NCBI GenBank assembly: GCA_041649025.1
Contig: JBAZNY010000004.1
Coordinates: 26,705 to 90,704, forward strand
Source of the DNA: Bdellovibrionales bacterium
Lineage (GTDB): Bacteria; Pseudomonadota; Alphaproteobacteria; UBA9219
Direction: 5' to 3'
DNA: 64,000 nt
Part shown: positions 55,430 through 64,000 of the stretch, piece by piece
Layout of the letters: every line of letters begins with the position of its first letter
Position numbering within the stretch: the first letter of the stretch is position 1
Program-made: the position numbers and the translations under genes
Notes under the pieces: model-generated
Told to the model about the DNA's origin: nothing
The model's database searches: none
Seen by the model: only the letters and a program-made list of their open reading frames with translations

Positions 55430-57238
55430 ATGGAAATAAATTTCAAAAATAAGAAACTCGATTCTTGGGTACGCGAAGCCGTCGATCTATGTCAGCCCGA
55501 TTCCATTTATTGCTGCAACGGAAGCCCAGAAGAATATTCCACCCTTTTGAATGGATTGGTGGATTCCGGCATAGCCATTCCTTTGAAAAAACGTCCGGGA
55601 AGTTATCTTTTCCGCTCCGATCCCAGCGATGTCGCCCGCGTTGAAGACCGTACGTTTATCAGCACTCTCTCCCAAACCGACGCCGGCCCTACGAATAACT
55701 GGAGGGCGCCTGACGAGTTAAAAAAAACCATGCTCACTCTTTACAAGGGATCTATGAAGGGCAGGACGATGTATGTCATCCCCTTTTCCATGGGGCCTTT
55801 GGATTCTCCGTTATCGATCATTGGGGTTGAAATCACCGACAGCGCCTATGTCGCCGTCAACATGCACATCATGACGCGTGTCGGCACGGCGGTATTGAAT
55901 AAATTATCGACGAACGGTGCGTTCATTCCTTGTTTGCATTCTATCGGGTCTGGAGCTGGAAACGGCCATTGGGTTTGCGCGCCAATCGAAAAAAAATACA
56001 TCGGTCATTTTCTGGAAGATGATCTTCTCTGGTTATACGGTATTTGGTCTTACGGCTCCGGATACGGCGGAAACGCTTTGCTTGGAAAGAAAGGACTGGC
56101 TTTGCGCGTTGCTTCTTTTCTCGCGTGGCGGAAAGGATGGATGGCCGAACATATGCTGATTCTCCGCCTGACTGATCCAGAAGGAAAACAATATAATATC
56201 TGTGCGGCTTTTCCTTCTTCCTGCGGTAAGACCAATTTATCCATGATCACCCCCTCTCTTCCGGGGTGGAAAGCCGAATGCATCGGCGACGATATCGCGT
56301 GGATGCATCAAGGCGCCGATGGACGGCTTTACGCCATTAATCCCGAAAACGGTTTCTTCGGCGTTGCCCCCGGTACATCTTGCGCGACCAATCCCAACGC
56401 AATGAAAACTCTTAAAGGAAACGCTATTTTCACCAACTGCGCTTTGACCGATGATGGCGACGTCTGGTGGGAAGGAATGGATGGAAAAACGCCCGAGCAC
56501 CTTATCGATTGGACGGGCAAAGACTGGACTCCCGCCAGCCCTACCCCCGCCGCACACCCGAATGCGCGTTATACGGCACGTGCCGTGGATTGCCCCATTA
56601 TATGCAAAGATTGGGAAAAACCGGAAGGCGTGCCTATTGACGCTATCCTTTTTGGCGGCCGCCGCGCGCGCGATGTTCCTTTGGTGATGCAGGCATTCAA
56701 TTGGGATCACGGCGTTTTTCTCGGCGCAACGCTATCCTCGGAAACGACGGCTGCAAATATTGGCGTCGTCGGGAATCTGCGCCATGACCCCATGGCAATG
56801 ACCCCTTTCTGCGGATACCACATGGGCGATTATTTTCAGCATTGGCTCGACATGGGCGACAAGCTCGGCGACAAGGCGCCTGCCGTTTTCTACGTCAACT
56901 GGTTCAGAAAGGGCGACGACGGTAATTTCCTGTGGCCGGGATTTGGCGAAAACGTCCGCGTGCTCAAATGGATTTGCGCGCGCGTAAGCCATAAAGTCGA
57001 GGCCGAAAAAACGCCGATCGGTCTATTGCCGAAAGCCGAAGATCTTGATCTTAATGGTCTCAATTTGCCCGATGCCGCTGTCAAAGAGCTTCTGAGTCCG
57101 AGAGTTCAGGAGCGGAGTTCGGAAGCCGTCTCTATCGGTTCTTATTTTTCCACATTCGAAAAACGCCTGCCATCAAGACTACGGGATCAACATCGTATTT
57201 TTTCTCAGTGCGTCCTCGGCAAATTAGCGCGGTCTTAG
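55430..57238 (+). CDS. pckG: Phosphoenolpyruvate carboxykinase (GTP)
   Basis: 602 aa; kinase-1a/P-loop AFPSSCGKTNLSM, GTP-PEPCK signature CIGDDIAWM. Confidence 0.92.
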   Translation: MEINFKNKKLDSWVREAVDLCQPDSIYCCNGSPEEYSTLLNGLVDSGIAIPLKKRPGSYLFRSDPSDVARVEDRTFISTLSQTDAGPTNNWRAPDELKKTMLTLYKGSMKGRTMYVIPFSMGPLDSPLSIIGVEITDSAYVAVNMHIMTRVGTAVLNKLSTNGAFIPCLHSIGSGAGNGHWVCAPIEKKYIGHFLEDDLLWLYGIWSYGSGYGGNALLGKKGLALRVASFLAWRKGWMAEHMLILRLTDPEGKQYNICAAFPSSCGKTNLSMITPSLPGWKAECIGDDIAWMHQGADGRLYAINPENGFFGVAPGTSCATNPNAMKTLKGNAIFTNCALTDDGDVWWEGMDGKTPEHLIDWTGKDWTPASPTPAAHPNARYTARAVDCPIICKDWEKPEGVPIDAILFGGRRARDVPLVMQAFNWDHGVFLGATLSSETTAANIGVVGNLRHDPMAMTPFCGYHMGDYFQHWLDMGDKLGDKAPAVFYVNWFRKGDDGNFLWPGFGENVRVLKWICARVSHKVEAEKTPIGLLPKAEDLDLNGLNLPDAAVKELLSPRVQERSSEAVSIGSYFSTFEKRLPSRLRDQHRIFSQCVLGKLARS

Positions 57239-57291
57239 CCTTTTCCTTTTTTAATTTGACGTCTTGTCCTCCGAGTGCGATTTCTTAACCC

Positions 57292-58854
57292 ATGAAAGCA
57301 TCTCTCTCCCGTCTCTCGGTTTTAATAGCCTATCTAAGACAGGCCTCCGGTTGGAAAAGGCTGCTGTCGGCCTTTGTGTTCGGCAGCGTCATGGCGTTCT
57401 CCATGCCGCCATTCACTATTTTCCCCTTGTTGTGGGTTTGCCTTCCTGCCCTTATTTTTTTACTGCAAGGAACACAAAACTGGAAACAAGCTTTCGCGAT
57501 CGGCTGGTGTTTTGCCTTCGGGTTTTTTGTGTTCGGTCTTTACTGGATCGCTTCCGCAATGTTCGTCGATATCAGGCGTTTTTGGTGGGCGGTTCCGATT
57601 TCCGTCGCCGGATTGCCCGCGTTTCTTGCGCTGTATTACGGTATCGCGGCGGCTCTTGCCCGAAAAATTGGGCTTCAGGGACTTTCCGGCACCGTTGTTT
57701 TCGGACTGCTGTGGTTTTTAGCCGAATATGCGCGTGGGTTTATGTTCACGGGTTTTCCTTGGATTTTGCTCGGTTATACGTGGTCAGATGCTTTACCTGT
57801 CCTGCAAATTACAAGCGTTATTGGCATCTATGGACTAACGTTGATAACGGTTATTGCGGCTTGTTTGCCCGCTTGCCTTCAAGATAAGACCGCTTTTGGG
57901 CGAAACGTTTTTGTCGCTAGCCTTGTTCTTTTTGCCGCCTTGGCCGGATGGGGGGAATTTCGCCTCCATACGACGGCCCTACAAACAGTACCCAATGTAC
58001 ATCTACGTTTAGTGCAACCTAACGTCGACCAAAAGAAGAAGTGGCTGGTTAGTGAACGCAAACGCCACTTCAAAGAACTTATCGATCTTTCGGCAAGCGA
58101 AAGCGAGACGCCTGTTACGCACATTTTTTGGCCGGAGACGGCATCGACTTATTATCTAAGCGAAGACTCCGAACGCCGGAAAGAAATTGCGGCACATATT
58201 CCGGCGACAACACACGTAATTACAGGCGTCATCCGCCGCGATCTGGATAAAGAAGGCAACACGCATTTTTACAATTCCTTGGTCGTGCTTAATGGCTTGG
58301 GACGTCTGGTTGCTGGATATGATAAAGCTCACCTTGTTCCGGGCGGCGAATTCATGCCCTTGCGCAAATTCATTCCCCTTCAAGCTCTCGCAACAAGCGG
58401 CGCAGATTTTACCCCAGGCCCAGGCATTCGCAGCCTGCGTGTTCTTGGTCTTCCCTTGTTTAGCCCTTTGATTTGCTATGAATCTATTTTTTCCGGAGAC
58501 GTTGTCGACCCCGACGACCGCCCCGAATTTATGGTCAACCTGACTAACGATGGCTGGTACGGACGCACAACGGGCCCTTATCAGCACTTTGCTATCGCTC
58601 GCGTACGCGCCATCGAGGAGGGAATGCCCCTTCTTCGCATTGCCAACACAGGCATTTCGGGCGTTGTCGATCCGTTAGGGCGCGTTGAAAAAAAGCTAGG
58701 CATTAACGAACAGGGCATTATCGACAGCCCCCTTCCAAAAGCGTTGCCCTTAACTCTTTTCGCAAAATGGAAAGAAACTTTTGTTTGGACTATCTTTTTT
58801 CTGTTTTTTGCCTTTAGCGCGCTAAGACTAAGAAATTGCCGTATAAAAATTTGA
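57292..58854 (+). CDS. lnt: Apolipoprotein N-acyltransferase
   Basis: N-terminal polytopic region plus CN-hydrolase domain with catalytic Cys (ICYESIF); 520 aa. Confidence 0.88.
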   Translation: MKASLSRLSVLIAYLRQASGWKRLLSAFVFGSVMAFSMPPFTIFPLLWVCLPALIFLLQGTQNWKQAFAIGWCFAFGFFVFGLYWIASAMFVDIRRFWWAVPISVAGLPAFLALYYGIAAALARKIGLQGLSGTVVFGLLWFLAEYARGFMFTGFPWILLGYTWSDALPVLQITSVIGIYGLTLITVIAACLPACLQDKTAFGRNVFVASLVLFAALAGWGEFRLHTTALQTVPNVHLRLVQPNVDQKKKWLVSERKRHFKELIDLSASESETPVTHIFWPETASTYYLSEDSERRKEIAAHIPATTHVITGVIRRDLDKEGNTHFYNSLVVLNGLGRLVAGYDKAHLVPGGEFMPLRKFIPLQALATSGADFTPGPGIRSLRVLGLPLFSPLICYESIFSGDVVDPDDRPEFMVNLTNDGWYGRTTGPYQHFAIARVRAIEEGMPLLRIANTGISGVVDPLGRVEKKLGINEQGIIDSPLPKALPLTLFAKWKETFVWTIFFLFFAFSALRLRNCRIKI

Positions 58855-58989
58855 ATAATGAAAATATTAACTACTTAGAATTGTCTTTTCTTGATTAAGA
58901 AAATCAAATACTCTACCTAAATTAGCAACAACCGAAAAAATACAACCCGATTCGGAACGTTGTGATGTTTTTCATACGTGGATATTCTT

Positions 58990-59466
58990 ATGACGACTAC
59001 AGATAAAAAGAAGATCAAAAAAACTCAGCTTCGTTCCGAGAATCCCGACCCCATCGATATTCATGTTGGGTCGCGTTTGCGGATGCGCAGAAATCTTATC
59101 GGCCTTAGCCAAGAACAACTGGGCAAATCCCTCGGACTCACTTTCCAACAAATTCAAAAATATGAACGCGGTATCAACAGGATGGGGTCAAGCCGCCTGT
59201 TTCAAATTGCGAAAACGCTTGCCGTACCCGTGGCATATTTCTTTGAAGAAATTCCCGTATCGTTTTCATTGCCGACACAGTCTGGTTTTGCCGACAACGG
59301 ACAGGCCTCACTGGAAAACGCGCCTTCGGCGGAACGAAAAAACGATTACGATATTTTACGTCGCCGCGAAACCCTGGAACTCATTCGCGCCTATTATCGT
59401 ATTCAAGACGATAAGCAACGCCGCAAAGTGTATGAGCTTATCCGTTCGATGTCAGACGAAGAATAA
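58990..59466 (+). CDS. XRE-family transcriptional regulator
   Basis: HTH LRMRRNLIGLSQEQLGKSLGLTFQQIQKYERGIN; ATG 58990 preferred over GTG 58978. Confidence 0.75.
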   Translation: MTTTDKKKIKKTQLRSENPDPIDIHVGSRLRMRRNLIGLSQEQLGKSLGLTFQQIQKYERGINRMGSSRLFQIAKTLAVPVAYFFEEIPVSFSLPTQSGFADNGQASLENAPSAERKNDYDILRRRETLELIRAYYRIQDDKQRRKVYELIRSMSDEE

Positions 59467-59478
59467 ACGTTCCGGTTG

Positions 59479-59847
59479 TCAGTGTTTTTTTTCGCTTAGC
59501 AAAGGTCCTAAATCACGGCCTGCGAGTATGTGGATGTGATAGTGCGGCACTTCCTGATGCGAGTCAGGCCCCGCATTCGAGATAAACCTATATCCGCCGG
59601 AAACAATGCCTGCCGCGCCAATGACCTTGGCAACGGCGCGCTCAAAACCGACAATCTCGGCATCGTCCGCTGAGGATGCAAAATCATCGTAGGTCGCATA
59701 AGGCCCTTTCGGAATCACAAGAATATGAACGGGCGCTTTTGGATTAATGTCGTTGAACGCAAGAGCAAAATCATCCTCGTATATTTTCTTGCAAGGAATT
59801 TCGCCGCGAAGAATTTTTGCGAAAACATTTCCGGAATCATAACTCAT
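59479..59847 (-). CDS. HIT-family (histidine triad) nucleotide hydrolase
   Basis: HVLVIPKG and HxHxHxx (VPHYHIHIL) motifs; 122 aa. Confidence 0.88.
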   Translation of the reverse strand: MSYDSGNVFAKILRGEIPCKKIYEDDFALAFNDINPKAPVHILVIPKGPYATYDDFASSADDAEIVGFERAVAKVIGAAGIVSGGYRFISNAGPDSHQEVPHYHIHILAGRDLGPLLSEKKH

Positions 59848-59992
59848 GGGTGTTCTCCCAACTGTAAATTATGCGGAAAGGATACAAGACCCCGCCCCCC
59901 TGCACAAGCCGGGCTAACTCTCTTGCTTTATATATACAAAAAGGCGGAAGGGACGTCCCTTCCGCCTTCTAATGCCTCCGGCAGCTTGCCGG

Positions 59993-60607
59993 TTAGCGTG
60001 AATAGAATTCGATGACGAGGTTCGGTTCCATCTGCACGGGATATGGAACATCGCTCAGTGAAGGTGTGCGAACAAAGGTTCCCTTCATTTCCTTATGATC
60101 GACGGAAATGTAATCGGGAACGTCACGCTCGGCTAATTCTGCCGCAGCTAGGACAGTAGCAAATTGCTTGGCCTTGCCACGCAGTTCAATCGTATCGCCG
60201 TCCTTAACCCGATATGACGCGATATTTACTTTCTTGCCGTTGACCAAAACGTGCCCGTGGTTAACAAGCTGGCGCGCCGCAAAAACCGTGGCGACAAATT
60301 TCATGCGATAGACGACGGCGTCCAAACGGCGTTCCAGCAATTGAATAAGGATTTCGCCGTTGTTACCCTTGCGGCGCATGGCTTCTTGGTAGTAGCGGCG
60401 GAACTGGCGTTCGCCGATGTTGCCATAGTAGCCGCGCAGCTTCTGCTTCGCATGCAACTGAACACCATAGTCGGAAAGTTTGGTGCGGCGCTGACCGTGT
60501 TGGCCCGGGCGATAATCGCGTTTATTAAGAGGGCTCTTGGGGCGACCCCAAATGTTGACGCTCAAACGGCGATCAATTTTATGTTTTGACTGAAGACGCT
60601 TTGTCAT
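59993..60607 (-). CDS. rpsD: 30S ribosomal protein S4
   Basis: 204 aa; classic S4 N-terminus and S4 RNA-binding domain ([31 protein letters not shown]). Confidence 0.95.
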   Translation of the reverse strand: MTKRLQSKHKIDRRLSVNIWGRPKSPLNKRDYRPGQHGQRRTKLSDYGVQLHAKQKLRGYYGNIGERQFRRYYQEAMRRKGNNGEILIQLLERRLDAVVYRMKFVATVFAARQLVNHGHVLVNGKKVNIASYRVKDGDTIELRGKAKQFATVLAAAELAERDVPDYISVDHKEMKGTFVRTPSLSDVPYPVQMEPNLVIEFYSR

Positions 60608-60796
60608 TTGTTATCCTTTTTATTTTCGGTTGGTCACGACTGCTTTGCGCACCCGTGACTTTCCTTTGTTTGTCCCGATAGTTTTCTTGTACATACAAGA
60701 AACGGGTTAAAGCCTTAACGCTTTAACCGCTTTCTCGGGATGAGGCGCCGCTTATAAGCGAAAAAGAGGGGATAAGTCAAATAGATGCGATTTCGG

Positions 60797-61588
60797 CTAC
60801 GTTTTTGCCGAATTTTGCGGAAAATTGCTTGTTAACCAACCCAAAATCTCCCTCATAACCTCCGGCCAACAGGAATCAAGCATAACGCCATGCGAAACGC
60901 CGCGAAGGACTTTGCTGTCTCCCTTCCAAAATTGAGCTTCATATCTGTACTCAAATTCGGGCACAAAACAATCTTCGTCGCCACCCAGCGCAAGCGTGGG
61001 AACAAAAATCTTCGGCGTCCTGAAATCGGGCCAGCTCGCCTCCATCATGACACGCGACGATTCCTTTTGAAGAAGAGGAAGAAACGACTCCAACTTCTCG
61101 GCATCTTTCGAATTGCAGAACAAGGCGTCGCTGATCATGCGCAAATCGGCGTGCGCAGACCCCATCGTCATCAGTATTCCTAATTGCATAGCCAACATAG
61201 GTCTATGCGCAGCAACATGCTGCACCGATCCCTGTAGTCCCAGTAAAGACGGCGAGGAGAGAAGGACAAGTCCTTTGATGGAACGCTCCAACGCAAATTT
61301 TTGCGCGAGATATCCACCCAATGAATGCCCGATGATGATCGGTTCGGAATTAAAAAGCCGCGTTCCCGTCTCTATATCCTCAAGATAATCGGAAATGCCA
61401 TAGCTATCGATTTTCTCTCTGCCTTCGCTTTCGCCATGACCACGCAGGGAAATCGCCGCGCCGCGCCATCCTGCTTGCGTAAAAGCCGGAAGAAAAAACC
61501 GCTCCCAAATCCATGCCCCGCAATAGGAACCGTGAACAAATAAAAGCGGAGGATTATCGCTCTGAGAACCAAAATGGATAACTTCCAT
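60797..61588 (-). CDS. Alpha/beta-fold hydrolase
   Basis: GHSLGG nucleophile elbow; 263 aa. Confidence 0.75.
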   Translation of the reverse strand: MEVIHFGSQSDNPPLLFVHGSYCGAWIWERFFLPAFTQAGWRGAAISLRGHGESEGREKIDSYGISDYLEDIETGTRLFNSEPIIIGHSLGGYLAQKFALERSIKGLVLLSSPSLLGLQGSVQHVAAHRPMLAMQLGILMTMGSAHADLRMISDALFCNSKDAEKLESFLPLLQKESSRVMMEASWPDFRTPKIFVPTLALGGDEDCFVPEFEYRYEAQFWKGDSKVLRGVSHGVMLDSCWPEVMREILGWLTSNFPQNSAKT

Positions 61589-61694
61589 TTCTGGGACCTT
61601 TCAGGGGGAGAGGGAATAAAACGCGGGGGGAACTTCGATTTTGTGCAGAGAAACGCTGGTCATAGTGTCCCATTTGCGCAAAAGAGGCAAGAGC

Positions 61695-63890
61695 CTATTC
61701 CCTCTCTTGCTCCGCGTTGAGACTCTCCTCGGCCACTTGCTTCGCGCGAACATAGTCCGTCTTGCCGGAACCAAGCAAAGGTATCTGCTCGACCCGCACA
61801 AGCTTGCGCGGCACGGAAAGCTCCGTAAGGCCGACCGCCCTGAACTTCTCCAACAAAACGCCGGTATCGACATTGTCGCATTCGGTCAGAAGAACAATCA
61901 TTTCTCCTTTGCGTTCGTGGGGAACGCTTACGGCCACATGGCGCACGCCAGGCCACGTAGAGCAAACGATAGCCTCGATAGCTCCCAGCGAGACCATTTC
62001 GCCCGCGACTTTGGCAAAGCGCTTCGTACGTCCGACGATGGTAATAAAGCCATCTTCGTCGATCGACACGACGTCGCCCGTGTTGTACCAGCCGTCATCC
62101 GGCGGCTGAATAACGCCGGGTTGGTCGGCCTTGACGTAACCCAACATCACATTGAGCCCACGCACGACCAGTTCAGCGCCGTTTTTGATTCCTTCGACCG
62201 ACTGCAGTTTAACATCGAGGCACGCAAGAGCACGCCCGATGGATCCCGCTTTATAATACATGGGCGAATTGACGCCGATGACAGGCGAAGCTTCGGTCGT
62301 TCCATAGCCCTCGAAAAGGCGCACACCAAATTTTTCGGCCCACGCGCGCCGCGTTTCCGGCTTGATCTTTTCGGCACCGCCGATGACAAAGCGCATGAAA
62401 TAAAAGTCGTGCGGCGCGGCGTTCTTTTCATAGTTAGCAAGAAACGTATCCGTTCCGAGCAGAAGCGTCGAGCGCGTATCGTACACCAATTCAGGAATAT
62501 CGTGATACCGGAGAGGCGATGGGAACAGGAACGCCCGCGTTCCGTAAAACAAAGGCATAAAGAAGCCAAGCGTCAGCCCGAAGGAATGAAACATCGGCAA
62601 ACAGGCAAACGCGCTGTCGCTTGACGTAAACCCAAGCCGAATTCCTGTCTGGAAAGCGTTGGAGACAATGTTCTGGTGGCTCAACATGACGCCCTTGGGC
62701 TTTCCTTCCGTGCCGGAAGTAAAAAGCATCAACGCGGGCCGTTTGGCGTCTTTCGAAAGACAACAGGCGGCAATGGAAGCAGGGAGATACGCCTTAGCAA
62801 AACCGATAAAGCGGTCGATGCCCTTAACAGAAGCTATCAGGTCTTCAAGATAAACAACCTTGATCTTTTCTTTTTCTAAAGCGCTGACGATGGGCGCGAG
62901 ATTCATAGCGTCAACGAAAGCCCGCAAACTGATGACCGTTTGTATTTCCGCCATCTGGCAAGCTTGCACGATGCGCAAGGGCCCTGCGGTAAAATTGATC
63001 ATCGCGGTAACGCGATCCACTGCCTGCAGGGCAAAAATCGTCGTCCCATTTGGAATGCCGTTCGGCATCATGACGCCTGTAATTTTTTCCTTTCCCGTTG
63101 CGCGAGCGATTGCGCGGGCCACCGTGAAAAACTTCGCGACAAACGCGTCGTGAGTTACCGGCGCGCGACGAACGTCTTCCAAAACAACACCCCGCCCACC
63201 GCGTATGGGTCGTGTTTCAAGCAAGTGACGTAACATTGTCGTATAGGGAATGCCTTCGACAAGCGCGCGCTCCAGTTGGTCATAAATCGCGGTTCCGGCG
63301 ACACGGCGACGCTCATGACCCTTGACTTCCTCGGGCAGCTCCAGACGAGCCGACGGAAGAATGGTCAACGTAACCTTCGGAAAAAGTCGGCGCCTGACCA
63401 CGCCCTTCAAGGCTGAAAACAAACTGTACTGCAACCCATCGATGCGTATCGGCAGAACTACGGCTCCGGCTACATCCGCGATCATGCCGGGGCTTTCGTA
63501 AATCTTCATCAAAGCCCCTGTCGTCGTCACGCGGCCTTCGGGGAAGATCATGCATTTCTGCCCACGTTTCAAAGCATCAACCATTTTCTTGGCCGTCATC
63601 GGGTCTGCCTGATCGAGCGAAAAATCCTCGCCGACATGCCAATAGGGCTTCAACCACCAGCGATGCGCCATCTCCGCCTGCGTTGCGAACAAAACGCGCC
63701 CCGGCAGAAAAGCCGACAGAACAACAGCGTCAATTTTTGAAACATGATTTGCGATGATGAGAACGCGCTCACCCGCTTTTATATAATTCTCAAATCCCCG
63801 CACCTCGACCCGGAAACAAAGACGAAGCAGAAAGCGTACGATAAAAAAAGGAAGCGCTTTATGGAGGAAATCGGAGATTCTGACGCTCAT
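61695..63890 (-). CDS. aas: Bifunctional lysophospholipid acyltransferase / acyl-ACP synthetase (Aas-like)
   Basis: N-terminal LPLAT domain (IIANHVSKIDAVVL, HxxxxD); C-terminal AMP-binding domain (LMLFTSGTEGKPKGVMLSHQN). Confidence 0.75.
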   Translation of the reverse strand: MSVRISDFLHKALPFFIVRFLLRLCFRVEVRGFENYIKAGERVLIIANHVSKIDAVVLSAFLPGRVLFATQAEMAHRWWLKPYWHVGEDFSLDQADPMTAKKMVDALKRGQKCMIFPEGRVTTTGALMKIYESPGMIADVAGAVVLPIRIDGLQYSLFSALKGVVRRRLFPKVTLTILPSARLELPEEVKGHERRRVAGTAIYDQLERALVEGIPYTTMLRHLLETRPIRGGRGVVLEDVRRAPVTHDAFVAKFFTVARAIARATGKEKITGVMMPNGIPNGTTIFALQAVDRVTAMINFTAGPLRIVQACQMAEIQTVISLRAFVDAMNLAPIVSALEKEKIKVVYLEDLIASVKGIDRFIGFAKAYLPASIAACCLSKDAKRPALMLFTSGTEGKPKGVMLSHQNIVSNAFQTGIRLGFTSSDSAFACLPMFHSFGLTLGFFMPLFYGTRAFLFPSPLRYHDIPELVYDTRSTLLLGTDTFLANYEKNAAPHDFYFMRFVIGGAEKIKPETRRAWAEKFGVRLFEGYGTTEASPVIGVNSPMYYKAGSIGRALACLDVKLQSVEGIKNGAELVVRGLNVMLGYVKADQPGVIQPPDDGWYNTGDVVSIDEDGFITIVGRTKRFAKVAGEMVSLGAIEAIVCSTWPGVRHVAVSVPHERKGEMIVLLTECDNVDTGVLLEKFRAVGLTELSVPRKLVRVEQIPLLGSGKTDYVRAKQVAEESLNAEQERE

Positions 63891-64000
63891 TGTGACCCCT
63901 CAATGATGGAATAACAGAAGGGAGACAGTCTGGCCTTTTGGAACGATTCGATAAAGGGCTATTCTCAAGGGTCGATTCCGGTCGTTTTCGCGGCAACCAA

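Overview
This 64-kb window looks like a chromosomal segment from an alphaproteobacterium, about 55% GC and dominated by compact housekeeping operons. Many adjacent genes overlap by ATGA or TAATG at the stop/start junction.

Features read from the sequence, in order along the window:
- A partial GT9 heptosyltransferase 3' end, then mutL.
- A 428-aa pentapeptide-repeat protein.
- A minus-strand operon lspA, DUF3035-like lipoprotein, M16 peptidase, M16 peptidase, pgi.
- An AT-rich 2-kb islet next to tRNA-Ala(GGC). It carries an XRE-HTH protein translationally coupled to an uncharacterised 242-aa protein, plus two small divergent ORFs.
- A 3 x 107-bp tandem array duplicating the 3' half of tRNA-Ala plus its flank.
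- tRNA-Leu(UAG), tig, and a dsbB-like gene.
- A sigma54-type promoter followed by flgE, flgK and flgL.
- Downstream of flgL, a methyltransferase-like protein and a TPR + GT9 glycosyltransferase (FlmG-like). These are candidate flagellin-modification enzymes.
- cinA-N, skp (OmpH), hom and bamA.
- amgK, murU, addB and addA.
- A dienelactone hydrolase, a GNAT acetyltransferase and a NUDIX hydrolase.
- lptG and lptF, divergent from pepA, holC and folC.
- An AraC regulator.
- A clear TPP (THI-box) riboswitch in front of an uncharacterised 341-aa cytoplasmic protein.
- A degenerate GGDEF protein, purE, tRNA-Cys(GCA) and an MscS channel.
- The zinc regulon: znuCB, divergent from znuA, an outer-membrane barrel and zur, with a palindromic Zur box between them.
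- yidC divergent from yidD, then pckG (GTP-type), lnt, an XRE regulator, a HIT protein, rpsD, an alpha/beta hydrolase, and an Aas-like acyltransferase/acyl-ACP synthetase.

Two short hairpin-repeat families occur with compensatory stem mutations: GGATCCCCGC..GCGGGGATGA and CCTCCCTCAAGGGGAGG.

The best candidates for undescribed biology are:
- the tRNA-adjacent HTH plus 242-aa two-gene islet, a possible toxin-antitoxin (TA) or defence-like module;
- the TPP-riboswitch-controlled unknown protein;
- the methyltransferase-like and TPR-GT9 pair after flgL;
- a promoter/terminator-bounded candidate sRNA at about 388-541.
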